From a virus (Duplodnaviria > Caudoviricetes), in IMG/VR virus record IMGVR_UViG_3300025141_000614, positions 1 through 26,741 of that record: a stretch of DNA of 26,741 nt. One strand, given 5' to 3'. Position numbers and translations under genes: made by a program. Positions within the stretch are counted from its first letter, which is position 1, and each line of letters begins with the position of its first letter. The notes below the pieces were generated by a model. It saw nothing but the letters and a program-made list of their open reading frames with translations, made no database searches and was not told the DNA's origin. This document shows, in pieces, positions 1 to 7,371 of the stretch.

Positions 1-41
1 CTGCAACTAAAGGTACGGGATTTAGTAAAAATTCAGATTAA
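1..41 (+). CDS. 3' end of a small phage protein (partial)
   Basis: Frame from nt 3 reads ATKGTGFSKNSD-stop (TAA 39-41). It resembles the GAATKG-type C-terminus of small basic proteins I recall preceding this adaptor family. Confidence 0.4.
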   Translation, partial: ATKGTGFSKNSD

Positions 42-46
42 TTAAT

Positions 47-685
47 ATGAATTATTCAAGTTTAAAAACAGCTATTCAGTCTTATGTAGAGAATGAGTTT
101 AGTTCAACTGATCTTGATGTGTTTATTACACAAGCAGAACAACGCATCTATAATACAGTCCAGATAGCTTATTTGCGTAAGAATGTCACAGGCTCTTTAA
201 CTACAGATAACCAATATTTGACATTACCTGCTGATTGGCTGGATACGTTTTCATTGGCAGTATTGGATGGTAGTAGCAATTACAGCTATCTACTTAATAA
301 AGATGTCAATTTTATACGGGAGGCTTATCCTGCGGCAGGGTCTAATAAAGGGCTTCCGCAGTATTATGCGCTTTTTGATGATACAACTTTAATAGTGGGG
401 CCAACACCAGACTCCGGTTATACGATGGAGCTTCATTATTACTATTATCCAGAATCCATCACTACTGTATCCAGTGGAACAACATGGATTGGGGATAACT
501 ATAGTTCCGTGCTTTTGTATGGGGGCATTCTTGAAGCCTATACGTTTATGAAAGGTGAACCAGACGTAATGGCTGAGTATCAAAAACGGTATGATACTGC
601 ATTAATTACACTAAAAGAGTTGGCTGAATATAAGAATCGTAATGATACTTATAGAGCAGGGCAAGGGAGAAGGGCTGTTGTTTAG
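47..685 (+). CDS. Head-tail adaptor (tail tubular protein A-like), first copy
   Basis: 212 aa with adaptor pattern: N-terminal helices (LKTAIQSY..FITQAEQRI), YLTLPADW, G-P-YY, VGPTPD-Y-ELHYY, LLYG-I-EAY-FMK and a C-terminal helix. Confidence 0.7.
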   Translation: MNYSSLKTAIQSYVENEFSSTDLDVFITQAEQRIYNTVQIAYLRKNVTGSLTTDNQYLTLPADWLDTFSLAVLDGSSNYSYLLNKDVNFIREAYPAAGSNKGLPQYYALFDDTTLIVGPTPDSGYTMELHYYYYPESITTVSSGTTWIGDNYSSVLLYGGILEAYTFMKGEPDVMAEYQKRYDTALITLKELAEYKNRNDTYRAGQGRRAVV

Positions 686-968
686 TGTAAATATAGAATC
701 AAATGTTGGAAGCCCTACTGTTGTTACAACAACTGATAGAGGTATGAACGCTGAAGAATGGGCAGAATTAGCCGTTAAACGTATTGTTTCTATTTCTGCG
801 GATACACCGATGCCATTACGTGAACAAGCAGTTGCATATAGAGCGCAGATAAAAGCATTGTTAATAGATTACTTTCATAAAGTAGCTCAAAGTGAACGGG
901 CAACCATAAAAGTAATTTTGGAAAAACAAGGTTATGCAGATATAGCTAAAAATATAGAGGATATATAA
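678..968 (+). CDS. Conserved phage hypothetical protein
   Basis: ORF 642-968. Likelier start is TTG 678 after GGGAGA, overlapping the upstream stop; it abuts the next ATG at 969. Confidence 0.6.
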   Translation: MFSVNIESNVGSPTVVTTTDRGMNAEEWAELAVKRIVSISADTPMPLREQAVAYRAQIKALLIDYFHKVAQSERATIKVILEKQGYADIAKNIEDI

Positions 969-1400
969 ATGGCAATAACACAAGCAATGTGTTCAAGTTT
1001 TAAGCAAGAATTACTTGAAGCTAAACACAATTTTCTTAACAGTGGTGGCAACACATTTAAAATAGCTTTATATACATCAAGTGCTAGTTTAGGTGCTTCT
1101 ACTACAGCATATACTACAAGTAATGAAGTTAGTGGAACTAATTATACGGCTAAAGGTAACACGTTAACTCGTGTAGATCCTTCTCTTGATGGCACAACTG
1201 CCATAACGGATTTTGCAGACACTACTTGGTCATCTAGTACCATAACTGCTAGAGGGGCTTTAATTTTTAATGAGGATACTTCTGGGGATACCTCTGTCCT
1301 TGTTTTAAATTTTGGTGCTGACAAGACATCTACTGCGGGTGATTTTACGATTGCGTTTCCTGCCGCAGACGCTAGTAACGCGATTATAAGGATCGCCTAA
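969..1400 (+). CDS. Virion structural (tail-associated) protein, MAITQAMC-SFK family
   Basis: GAGG SD; Ser/Thr-rich beta protein with FKIALYTSSA, ITARGALI and LNFGADKTST motifs typical of aquatic phage tail modules. Confidence 0.7.
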   Translation: MAITQAMCSSFKQELLEAKHNFLNSGGNTFKIALYTSSASLGASTTAYTTSNEVSGTNYTAKGNTLTRVDPSLDGTTAITDFADTTWSSSTITARGALIFNEDTSGDTSVLVLNFGADKTSTAGDFTIAFPAADASNAIIRIA

Positions 1401-1405
1401 CCACA

Positions 1406-2836
1406 ATGGCCTTAGTTGTAAAAGATCGTGTTAAGGAAACCTCTACCACTTCTGGTACAGGTACGCTTACTTTAGCTGGAGCAGCATCTGGATTTCAGGC
1501 ATTTTCTGCAATAGGCGATGGAAATACTACTTATTACGCCGTTATTGACGGTACAAACTGGGAAGTAGGGCTAGGAACTTATACGTCAAGTGGGACAACA
1601 CTAGCCCGGACAACTGTACTGGCTTCTACGAACTCCAATAATGCGGTAAATTTTTCTTCAGACAGTAAAGATGTCTTTGTAGTATATCCGGCTAGTAAGG
1701 CAATTTATGGTGATGCGGAAGGCAATGTCACTATAAAAGCCACAGAAACAGGGGATGACAAACCTGCGGTTCTATTACTTCAAACAGGCGAGACAGATAT
1801 TGCAGCAGATGACGCACTAGGGAAGGTACAGTTTCAAGCTCCAGATGAAGCGGCGGGAACGGATGCAATTCTAGTGGCGGCAGAAATAGCAGCCGTTTCA
1901 GAAGGTGATTTTAGCTCAAGTAGTAATGCCACTAAATTGTCGTTTAAAACAGGGGCTAGTGAAGCCGCTACAGAGAAAATGTCTTTGTCCTCTGGAGGGA
2001 ATCTTACGGTATCTGGCAGCGTTGTCACTAATTCTATTATCGCGACCTCAAGTAATATCACAATCGATGCCCAAGGTGATGACACCGACATTATTTTCAA
2101 AGGCACAGATGATGGTGTAGATACGACTTTTTTAACAATCGATGGAAGCGACTCAGGACGTTTGATCACTGGCGGAGGAATCACGACGGGCGACCAAGGA
2201 TCAAGATTCGGTGACGGGACTGCCTCTTTGAATCACTATTTTGCGCGGGGGTGGGTTCGTCTAGGCCAAACGTCTGATGGCGCTGAACATGATCAGTCTG
2301 GAAAAGGTTTTATAATTTATGACGATCTTAGTGATGCGACGACCTACACCGTAACGAGAGTTTACAATACTTCTGGAGGAAGTCCGGTCTGGCAAAATCG
2401 TTTGAACAATGTCATTAAATCCGAGATCGAGTCGAACGGCGATTTTCAGTCAGCAACTAATTCATACGGAGCGACTTCCGATTTAAATCTCAAAGAGAAC
2501 ATCGTTGATTCTGGGAGCCAGTGGACGGATATAAAAAACATTCGCGTTCGTAAGTTTTCTTTTAAAGAGGCTAATTTAGACTCTCCAAATATGATCGGCG
2601 TAATAGCGCAGGAATTAGAATCAGCGGGGATGAGCAAACTCGTCACAACTCACCTTGAAACATTGCCTTCCGATAATGATGCTGGCGAAACGCCATTTCT
2701 CGACTCGGATGGAAACCAGAGATCTTACAAGAGCGCCAAGTATTCCGTTATCCACATGAAGGCACTAAAGGCTTTGCAGGAAGCGATGGCAAGGATAGAA
2801 ACTCTTGAAGCTAAAGTCGCTGCATTAGGAGGATAA
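1406..2836 (+). CDS. Tail fibre with C-terminal intramolecular chaperone (peptidase S74-like)
   Basis: N-terminal anchor [20 protein letters not shown]-rich shaft, then SD-NLKENI cleavage motif (~2477), GVIAQELE and a terminal coiled coil [17 protein letters not shown]. Confidence 0.85.
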   Translation: MALVVKDRVKETSTTSGTGTLTLAGAASGFQAFSAIGDGNTTYYAVIDGTNWEVGLGTYTSSGTTLARTTVLASTNSNNAVNFSSDSKDVFVVYPASKAIYGDAEGNVTIKATETGDDKPAVLLLQTGETDIAADDALGKVQFQAPDEAAGTDAILVAAEIAAVSEGDFSSSSNATKLSFKTGASEAATEKMSLSSGGNLTVSGSVVTNSIIATSSNITIDAQGDDTDIIFKGTDDGVDTTFLTIDGSDSGRLITGGGITTGDQGSRFGDGTASLNHYFARGWVRLGQTSDGAEHDQSGKGFIIYDDLSDATTYTVTRVYNTSGGSPVWQNRLNNVIKSEIESNGDFQSATNSYGATSDLNLKENIVDSGSQWTDIKNIRVRKFSFKEANLDSPNMIGVIAQELESAGMSKLVTTHLETLPSDNDAGETPFLDSDGNQRSYKSAKYSVIHMKALKALQEAMARIETLEAKVAALGG

Positions 2837-2838
2837 AG

Positions 2839-3168
2839 ATGTCACTAGTCTTTCACAGTAGTGCCGCAAAGAAAGTAAAAGAGATTATGCAAGAAGACGA
2901 AGAAACAATGGAAGGAACTAATCTCCGAGTATTTATCGAAGGAGGAGGATGTTCTGGCTTCCAATATGGTTTTACGTTTGATGACAGAAAAGAAGATGAT
3001 ATGGCTGTAACTACAGATGGAATTACCTTAGTCGTTGATCCGTTAAGTCTACAGTATTTAGATGGAGCAGAGATTGACTATTCTACAAATCACTTTGCTT
3101 CACAGTTCGTAATCCGTAATCCAAATGTACAAACTACCTGTGGATGCGGTAGCTCGTTCGCAGTATAA
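2839..3168 (+). CDS. erpA: A-type iron-sulfur cluster carrier/insertion protein (ErpA/IscA/HesB family)
   Basis: [35 protein letters not shown] and [12 protein letters not shown]; all three ligand Cys present; AGGAGG SD. Confidence 0.93.
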   Translation: MSLVFHSSAAKKVKEIMQEDEETMEGTNLRVFIEGGGCSGFQYGFTFDDRKEDDMAVTTDGITLVVDPLSLQYLDGAEIDYSTNHFASQFVIRNPNVQTTCGCGSSFAV

Positions 3169-3186
3169 ATTAGTTAGGAGAATATA

Positions 3187-3489
3187 ATGGGACAAGTAAA
3201 TTATAATGATGTGCAGTATAGCCTATTCGCACACGGTACAGGTACTAGCGCAATCACTACTAGTCCTGTTATTTTGTATAAGATTCATTGTGTAACAGCA
3301 ACAGCAACAGAAGACTTTGAAATCAGAGATGGTTCTGGCGGTAATATGATATTAGATATTAAAGCAAGTACCGCTATTAACACATCTTTTGATTTTGAGA
3401 ACGGACTTAAACTACAAAGCGGTATACACATAACTGTTGGGAGTAGTGCTACAGGCACATTTCGGTTCGATTATAGTCTTGTTCGATAG
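3187..3489 (+). CDS. Small beta-rich putative virion protein
   Basis: AGGAG SD; 100 aa alternating beta-strand pattern (IRDG, FENGL-LQSGIHI). Confidence 0.55.
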   Translation: MGQVNYNDVQYSLFAHGTGTSAITTSPVILYKIHCVTATATEDFEIRDGSGGNMILDIKASTAINTSFDFENGLKLQSGIHITVGSSATGTFRFDYSLVR

Positions 3490-3491
3490 CA

Positions 3492-3704
3492 ATGAATACG
3501 GAGTTGCATGAAACGGCGGGTCGCCATGACGCAGAGATAGAAAAACTCCAAAACCAAATGGATCAAGTTTTAGCTGAACTTAAAGAAATTCGCTCTACTT
3601 TAGACGAAGCGAGAGGTGGTTGGAGAACTATGATGTGGTTAGGAGGCGCAATAGCGGCTGTTATAGGGGTTCTAACAACCAGTAAAGGAATGTTTAATTC
3701 CTAA
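3492..3704 (+). CDS. Holin-like membrane protein (coiled coil plus C-terminal TM helix)
   Basis: Heptad region EIEKLQNQMDQVLAELKEIRSTL, then GGWR and hydrophobic MMWLGGAIAAVIGVL. Confidence 0.55.
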   Translation: MNTELHETAGRHDAEIEKLQNQMDQVLAELKEIRSTLDEARGGWRTMMWLGGAIAAVIGVLTTSKGMFNS

Positions 3705-3916
3705 TGGCTTATGGAAACATAGCGGGTTGGGGCCGAGGCCCGTATGGTATTGGTGCGTATGGTCAACCAATCACGAGTGGGGGTTGGGGAGATGCGGGGC
3801 CACCAGAGATAGATATAAAAAAAATAAAAAAAATGAAAAGACAGCAATTCAGATTAAAGGATGATGAAGAAGTTGCTGCAATGTTAATTTTACAAATGTT
3901 GAGAGGGAAAAGTTAA
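3704..3916 (+). CDS. Small hypothetical protein (Gly/aromatic N-terminus, DDEE-hydrophobic C-terminus)
   Basis: TAATG overlaps at both ends (3704 and 3916). Confidence 0.6.
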   Translation: MAYGNIAGWGRGPYGIGAYGQPITSGGWGDAGPPEIDIKKIKKMKRQQFRLKDDEEVAAMLILQMLRGKS

Positions 3917-4176
3917 TGGATATAACTGAACGACAGAATTACGAAAAGATGTTTGTGACCTTTGATACAGAAGGGTGGAGATTACTTAGAGAAAGGTTTA
4001 TTGAAATGTTTAATACGTCCAATAATCTTTTCGTAATTTCTGATGAAAAAGCATTTTGGCAAACTCGCGGTTCACTGGGGATGCTTCAGTTCTTTATAGA
4101 ATTAGAAGATATTGTTAAGAATGAACTCGAGCAAGCAGAAAAAGACGAGACTGAAGACAATGAAGATATTGAATGA
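3916..4176 (+). CDS. Conserved podovirus head-module protein (Bbp19-like, usually portal-adjacent)
   Basis: YE-MF-TF-TEGW-LL ... F-TRG-L pattern, acidic tail; GAGGG SD. Confidence 0.6.
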   Translation: MDITERQNYEKMFVTFDTEGWRLLRERFIEMFNTSNNLFVISDEKAFWQTRGSLGMLQFFIELEDIVKNELEQAEKDETEDNEDIE

Positions 4177-4405
4177 TTATCGTTGTCTGAAGTGCGGAGA
4201 AGTTACTGAAATGTGGTCTAACAATAAAGGAAAATCTTTACCAAGTCCTTGTTGTGAGAACCATACTTCGGAAAGAATTATTTCAGGCGGGAAATTCTCA
4301 TTACCTGGAATAGATACGGGCTTTCCTACAGCCGCAGATAAATGGGCAAAAAGGCATAGGAAAGCGAATAAACATAATCTGAAAAGATTAGGTATTCCTT
4401 GTTAA
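4160..4405 (+). CDS. Zinc-ribbon protein (FmdB-like)
   Basis: ATG 4160 gives MKILNDYRCLKCG...PCC...RIIS...GFPTAADKWAKRH. Confidence 0.65.
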   Translation: MKILNDYRCLKCGEVTEMWSNNKGKSLPSPCCENHTSERIISGGKFSLPGIDTGFPTAADKWAKRHRKANKHNLKRLGIPC

Positions 4406-4437
4406 TCCCCCGAAAGGGCTAAGATTGGAGAAATGTT

Positions 4438-5265
4438 ATGGCGGATTTATTAGATGCGGAGACACTAGAAACAGAGGCAGTTGACGACTCAGATTTGGAG
4501 TCCCGCTTGACCCAAGAACGAGAACAAGTAGAAGAAAACGCAACGGAACAAGAACAACCTTCACAAGAAGAAGAAGAGATCTTACCTCCTAAGTTCCAAG
4601 GAAAAACTGTAGAGGAAATAGTACAGTCCTATCAGAACTTAGAACAACACTCAGGTAGACAAAGTAATGAGTTGGGTGAGTTGCGAAAACTAGCCGATTC
4701 TTTGATTCAAAAAAATCTAACCGAAACAAATGGTCAACAACTAGAGTCTACATCCCAACCAGTAAAAGATGAAGACTTTTTTGCTGATCCCGTTACTGCG
4801 GTAAGGCGAGTAGTTGAAGAGGCACTACAACCTGTAAAAGCGAATTTAACGCAAACGCAAGTAGATACAACTATGCAGAAATTACAGGCAAAACACCCAG
4901 ACGTTGCGGAAATTGTAAATGATATGCAGTTCCAAGATTGGGTGATGGGTAGTACTCCGAGACAAGATATGTGGGTTAGGGCAAGTCAAGGAGAATATGA
5001 ATATGCAGACGAATTGTTTAGTCAATACAAAGCAGTACATAAGGCTCCACAACAAGCTAAACAAGAAGAGAACAGAGCCATCAAAAGTGAAGAACTGGCG
5101 GCGGCTTCAGCAGTTTCTTCGGGATCATCCAAGGACGCAACTACGCAAGGGAAACCTCGATATAGAAGGGCCGAGCTTATCCGTCTACGTATGAATGATC
5201 CAGCACGTTATGCCAGCCTACATGATGAAATCATGCAAGCCTACTCGGAAGGGCGGGTGTCATAA
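4438..5265 (+). CDS. Capsid scaffolding protein
   Basis: Acidic helical protein just upstream of the capsid gene; P-KFQGKT-EEIV-SYQNLE--GRQ-NELGELRKL and C-terminal RRAELIRL--NDP-RY---EIMQAY-EGRV. Confidence 0.85.
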   Translation: MADLLDAETLETEAVDDSDLESRLTQEREQVEENATEQEQPSQEEEEILPPKFQGKTVEEIVQSYQNLEQHSGRQSNELGELRKLADSLIQKNLTETNGQQLESTSQPVKDEDFFADPVTAVRRVVEEALQPVKANLTQTQVDTTMQKLQAKHPDVAEIVNDMQFQDWVMGSTPRQDMWVRASQGEYEYADELFSQYKAVHKAPQQAKQEENRAIKSEELAAASAVSSGSSKDATTQGKPRYRRAELIRLRMNDPARYASLHDEIMQAYSEGRVS

Positions 5266-5291
5266 TACTTTTAACAACTTAAATTAGCCTG

Positions 5292-5309
5292 AAGGAGATA
5301 TATAATGGC
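5292..5309 (+). promoter_or_regulatory. Strong translation initiation region AAGGAGATATATAATGGC (identical copy at 6232-6249)
   Basis: Exact 18-nt match spanning the starts of the capsid and decoration genes. Confidence 0.8.
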
Positions 5310-6225
5310 GAATTTTAGTGCCGCTTCAGCGATGAATACAACCACACAGGATAAATTTATTCCTGAATTGTGGAGCGATGAAGTCGTTGCGGCTTACAAG
5401 AGTAACCTAGTCTTGGCAAACTTAGTTACTACCATGAATCACAATGGTAAAAAAGGGGATACGGTACATATACCAAAACCCACTCGCGGGTCTGCCTCCG
5501 CAAAAACAACTAGACAACAGGTAACGCTTATTGCGGCTACGGATACTGAATTAAGTGTCAGTATTGATAAGCACTATGAGTATTCTCGTTTGATAGAAGA
5601 TCTGTTAGAAAAACAAGCTCTTTCTAGTATGAGGGCTTTCTACACAGATGATGCTGGATATGCGTTAGCTACACAAGTAGACAGCGATCTCTGGACTCAA
5701 GCGTATAATCTCCAAGGCGGGGATGGTGCGGCTGCTTATCATGGCGATCAAGCAGTTATTGGTTCAGACGGTTCAACGCTTTTCAGTTCTTCACAAGTGG
5801 GTGTTGCTATTGCAGATGCAGGACTTCGGAAGGTTATTCAGACTCTTGACGATGCTGATGTGCCTATGGATGATCGCGTTCTAGTAGTTCCTCCAGTAGA
5901 GAAAAAGAATCTTACTGGTGTTGCTCGGTTTACCGAACAGGCTTATGTTGGAGAAACAGGTGGTGGAAATACGATTCGTAACGGATTAATAGGAGATCTT
6001 TATGGTATACCCATCTATGTCTCTTCTAATTCGCCAACGAATAATAGTTCCAGAGCTTGCTTGCTTGCACATAAGTCGGCAATGGTTCTAGTTGAGCAAA
6101 TGGGGGTTCGTACACAGACTCAGTATAAACAAGAATTTCTTGGAGATTTGTTTACTGCTGATATGATCTATGGTACGGGCGAGTTGCGGGACGATGCTGG
6201 TATCTTGATTGCTACCACTACGTAA
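5305..6225 (+). CDS. Major capsid protein (HK97 fold, P22/SIO1-like)
   Basis: FIPELWSDEV, GKKGDTVHIP, DAGYALATQVD, LDDADVP--DR, G-IG-LYGIPIYVS and ADMIYG motifs; follows the scaffold gene. Confidence 0.92.
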   Translation: MANFSAASAMNTTTQDKFIPELWSDEVVAAYKSNLVLANLVTTMNHNGKKGDTVHIPKPTRGSASAKTTRQQVTLIAATDTELSVSIDKHYEYSRLIEDLLEKQALSSMRAFYTDDAGYALATQVDSDLWTQAYNLQGGDGAAAYHGDQAVIGSDGSTLFSSSQVGVAIADAGLRKVIQTLDDADVPMDDRVLVVPPVEKKNLTGVARFTEQAYVGETGGGNTIRNGLIGDLYGIPIYVSSNSPTNNSSRACLLAHKSAMVLVEQMGVRTQTQYKQEFLGDLFTADMIYGTGELRDDAGILIATTT

Positions 6226-6244
6226 TTTGTAAAGGAGATATATA

Positions 6245-6550
6245 ATGGCCTTACCCACAGGTACAAACTACGGGCAATCTGTAACCAAATACGCGATTGC
6301 CTCGGAAACCAAAGATTGGGGTAGTGTTGCTGATGGTGACGAAGCCGCTGAAGAAGTAACCGTAACTGGTTCACAACTCGGCGACTTTGCTCTAGCTTCT
6401 ATGAGCATTGACACCACAGACATAACCCTAACTGCTACGGTTACGGCGGCTGATACGGTCACTGTAATTTTAGCTAACAATACTGGTGGTGCGATAGACT
6501 TAGGTTCTGGCACACTGTATGTTATGGTTATTCCTAGAGAAGTAGTCTAA
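6245..6550 (+). CDS. Capsid decoration/cement protein (putative)
   Basis: 101-aa beta-rich protein directly after the capsid gene, same initiation region, upstream of a terminator-like hairpin. Confidence 0.65.
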   Translation: MALPTGTNYGQSVTKYAIASETKDWGSVADGDEAAEEVTVTGSQLGDFALASMSIDTTDITLTATVTAADTVTVILANNTGGAIDLGSGTLYVMVIPREVV

Positions 6551-6556
6551 ACTAAC

Positions 6557-6582
6557 GGGGGAGGTAACACTCCCCCAATTTT
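6557..6582 (+). terminator. Probable leaky intrinsic terminator after the capsid genes
   Basis: GGGGGAG-gtaaca-CTCCCCC perfect 7-bp stem followed by a weak AATTTT tail. Confidence 0.7.
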
Positions 6583-6600
6583 AAAGGAGAGAGGTGTACT

Positions 6601-7371
6601 ATGGCAAAAGTAGGAACAACATTACTTGATGTCGTAAATAAGATTATGATTCGTTTGAGGGATCAGGTTGTCACCTCTATCTCATCTACAAAAAATACTT
6701 CTCCTGCAACTACAAGTGGAAGCCCAACTTATACAGATACGGTTATCCAACTGATTAACGATGCAAAACGAGAAGTAGAAGACACCTATAATTGGTTAGC
6801 ACTCCAAAAAACTATCACAGTAAGTACTGCGGATACGGTAAAGTCCTATGCTATAGAAAACACTAGTACAGCAGTTTATTCTAATCCTCGTAGTAGGGTA
6901 TTGGATGTGTATAATACAACGAGAAATGTCCGACTAGTCCCAAGACCGTACAATTATCTGAGACAAATGATTCAGATGGCTAGTCCACCTTCTCAAGAAC
7001 CTACGATGTACGCAATACAAGGACTACAAACACCAACATATAGTAGTTCTGATTCTACACCAACAACAAACCAATCTTTACAAGTTTATTTATATCCGAT
7101 ACCAGATGCGGCTTATTCTTTAGATATTGAGTGTGTTGTTCCTCAAGAAGACTTAACTCTAGCAACAGATTATTTTACAGCCCCGTGGTATCCTATTTAT
7201 TTACGGGCACTATCTTTATGTATTCGAGAGCGGGGAGAAGATGAGGGGGAAGTTAGCTCTGATATAGAGAGAGCTTATCAAAAAGCCTTGGGAGATGCGA
7301 TTGCGTATGAACAAGATCAACAGCATCAAGGACAAGGCGGAGGAGATTGGGTAGTGTTGGGAGATTATTAA
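6601..7371 (+). CDS. Head-tail adaptor (tail tubular protein A-like), second copy
   Basis: TLLDVVNKIMIRLRD, INDAKREVED-YNW-AL, LYPIPDAAY and RERGEDEG motifs; position after the capsid genes. Confidence 0.8.
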   Translation: MAKVGTTLLDVVNKIMIRLRDQVVTSISSTKNTSPATTSGSPTYTDTVIQLINDAKREVEDTYNWLALQKTITVSTADTVKSYAIENTSTAVYSNPRSRVLDVYNTTRNVRLVPRPYNYLRQMIQMASPPSQEPTMYAIQGLQTPTYSSSDSTPTTNQSLQVYLYPIPDAAYSLDIECVVPQEDLTLATDYFTAPWYPIYLRALSLCIRERGEDEGEVSSDIERAYQKALGDAIAYEQDQQHQGQGGGDWVVLGDY

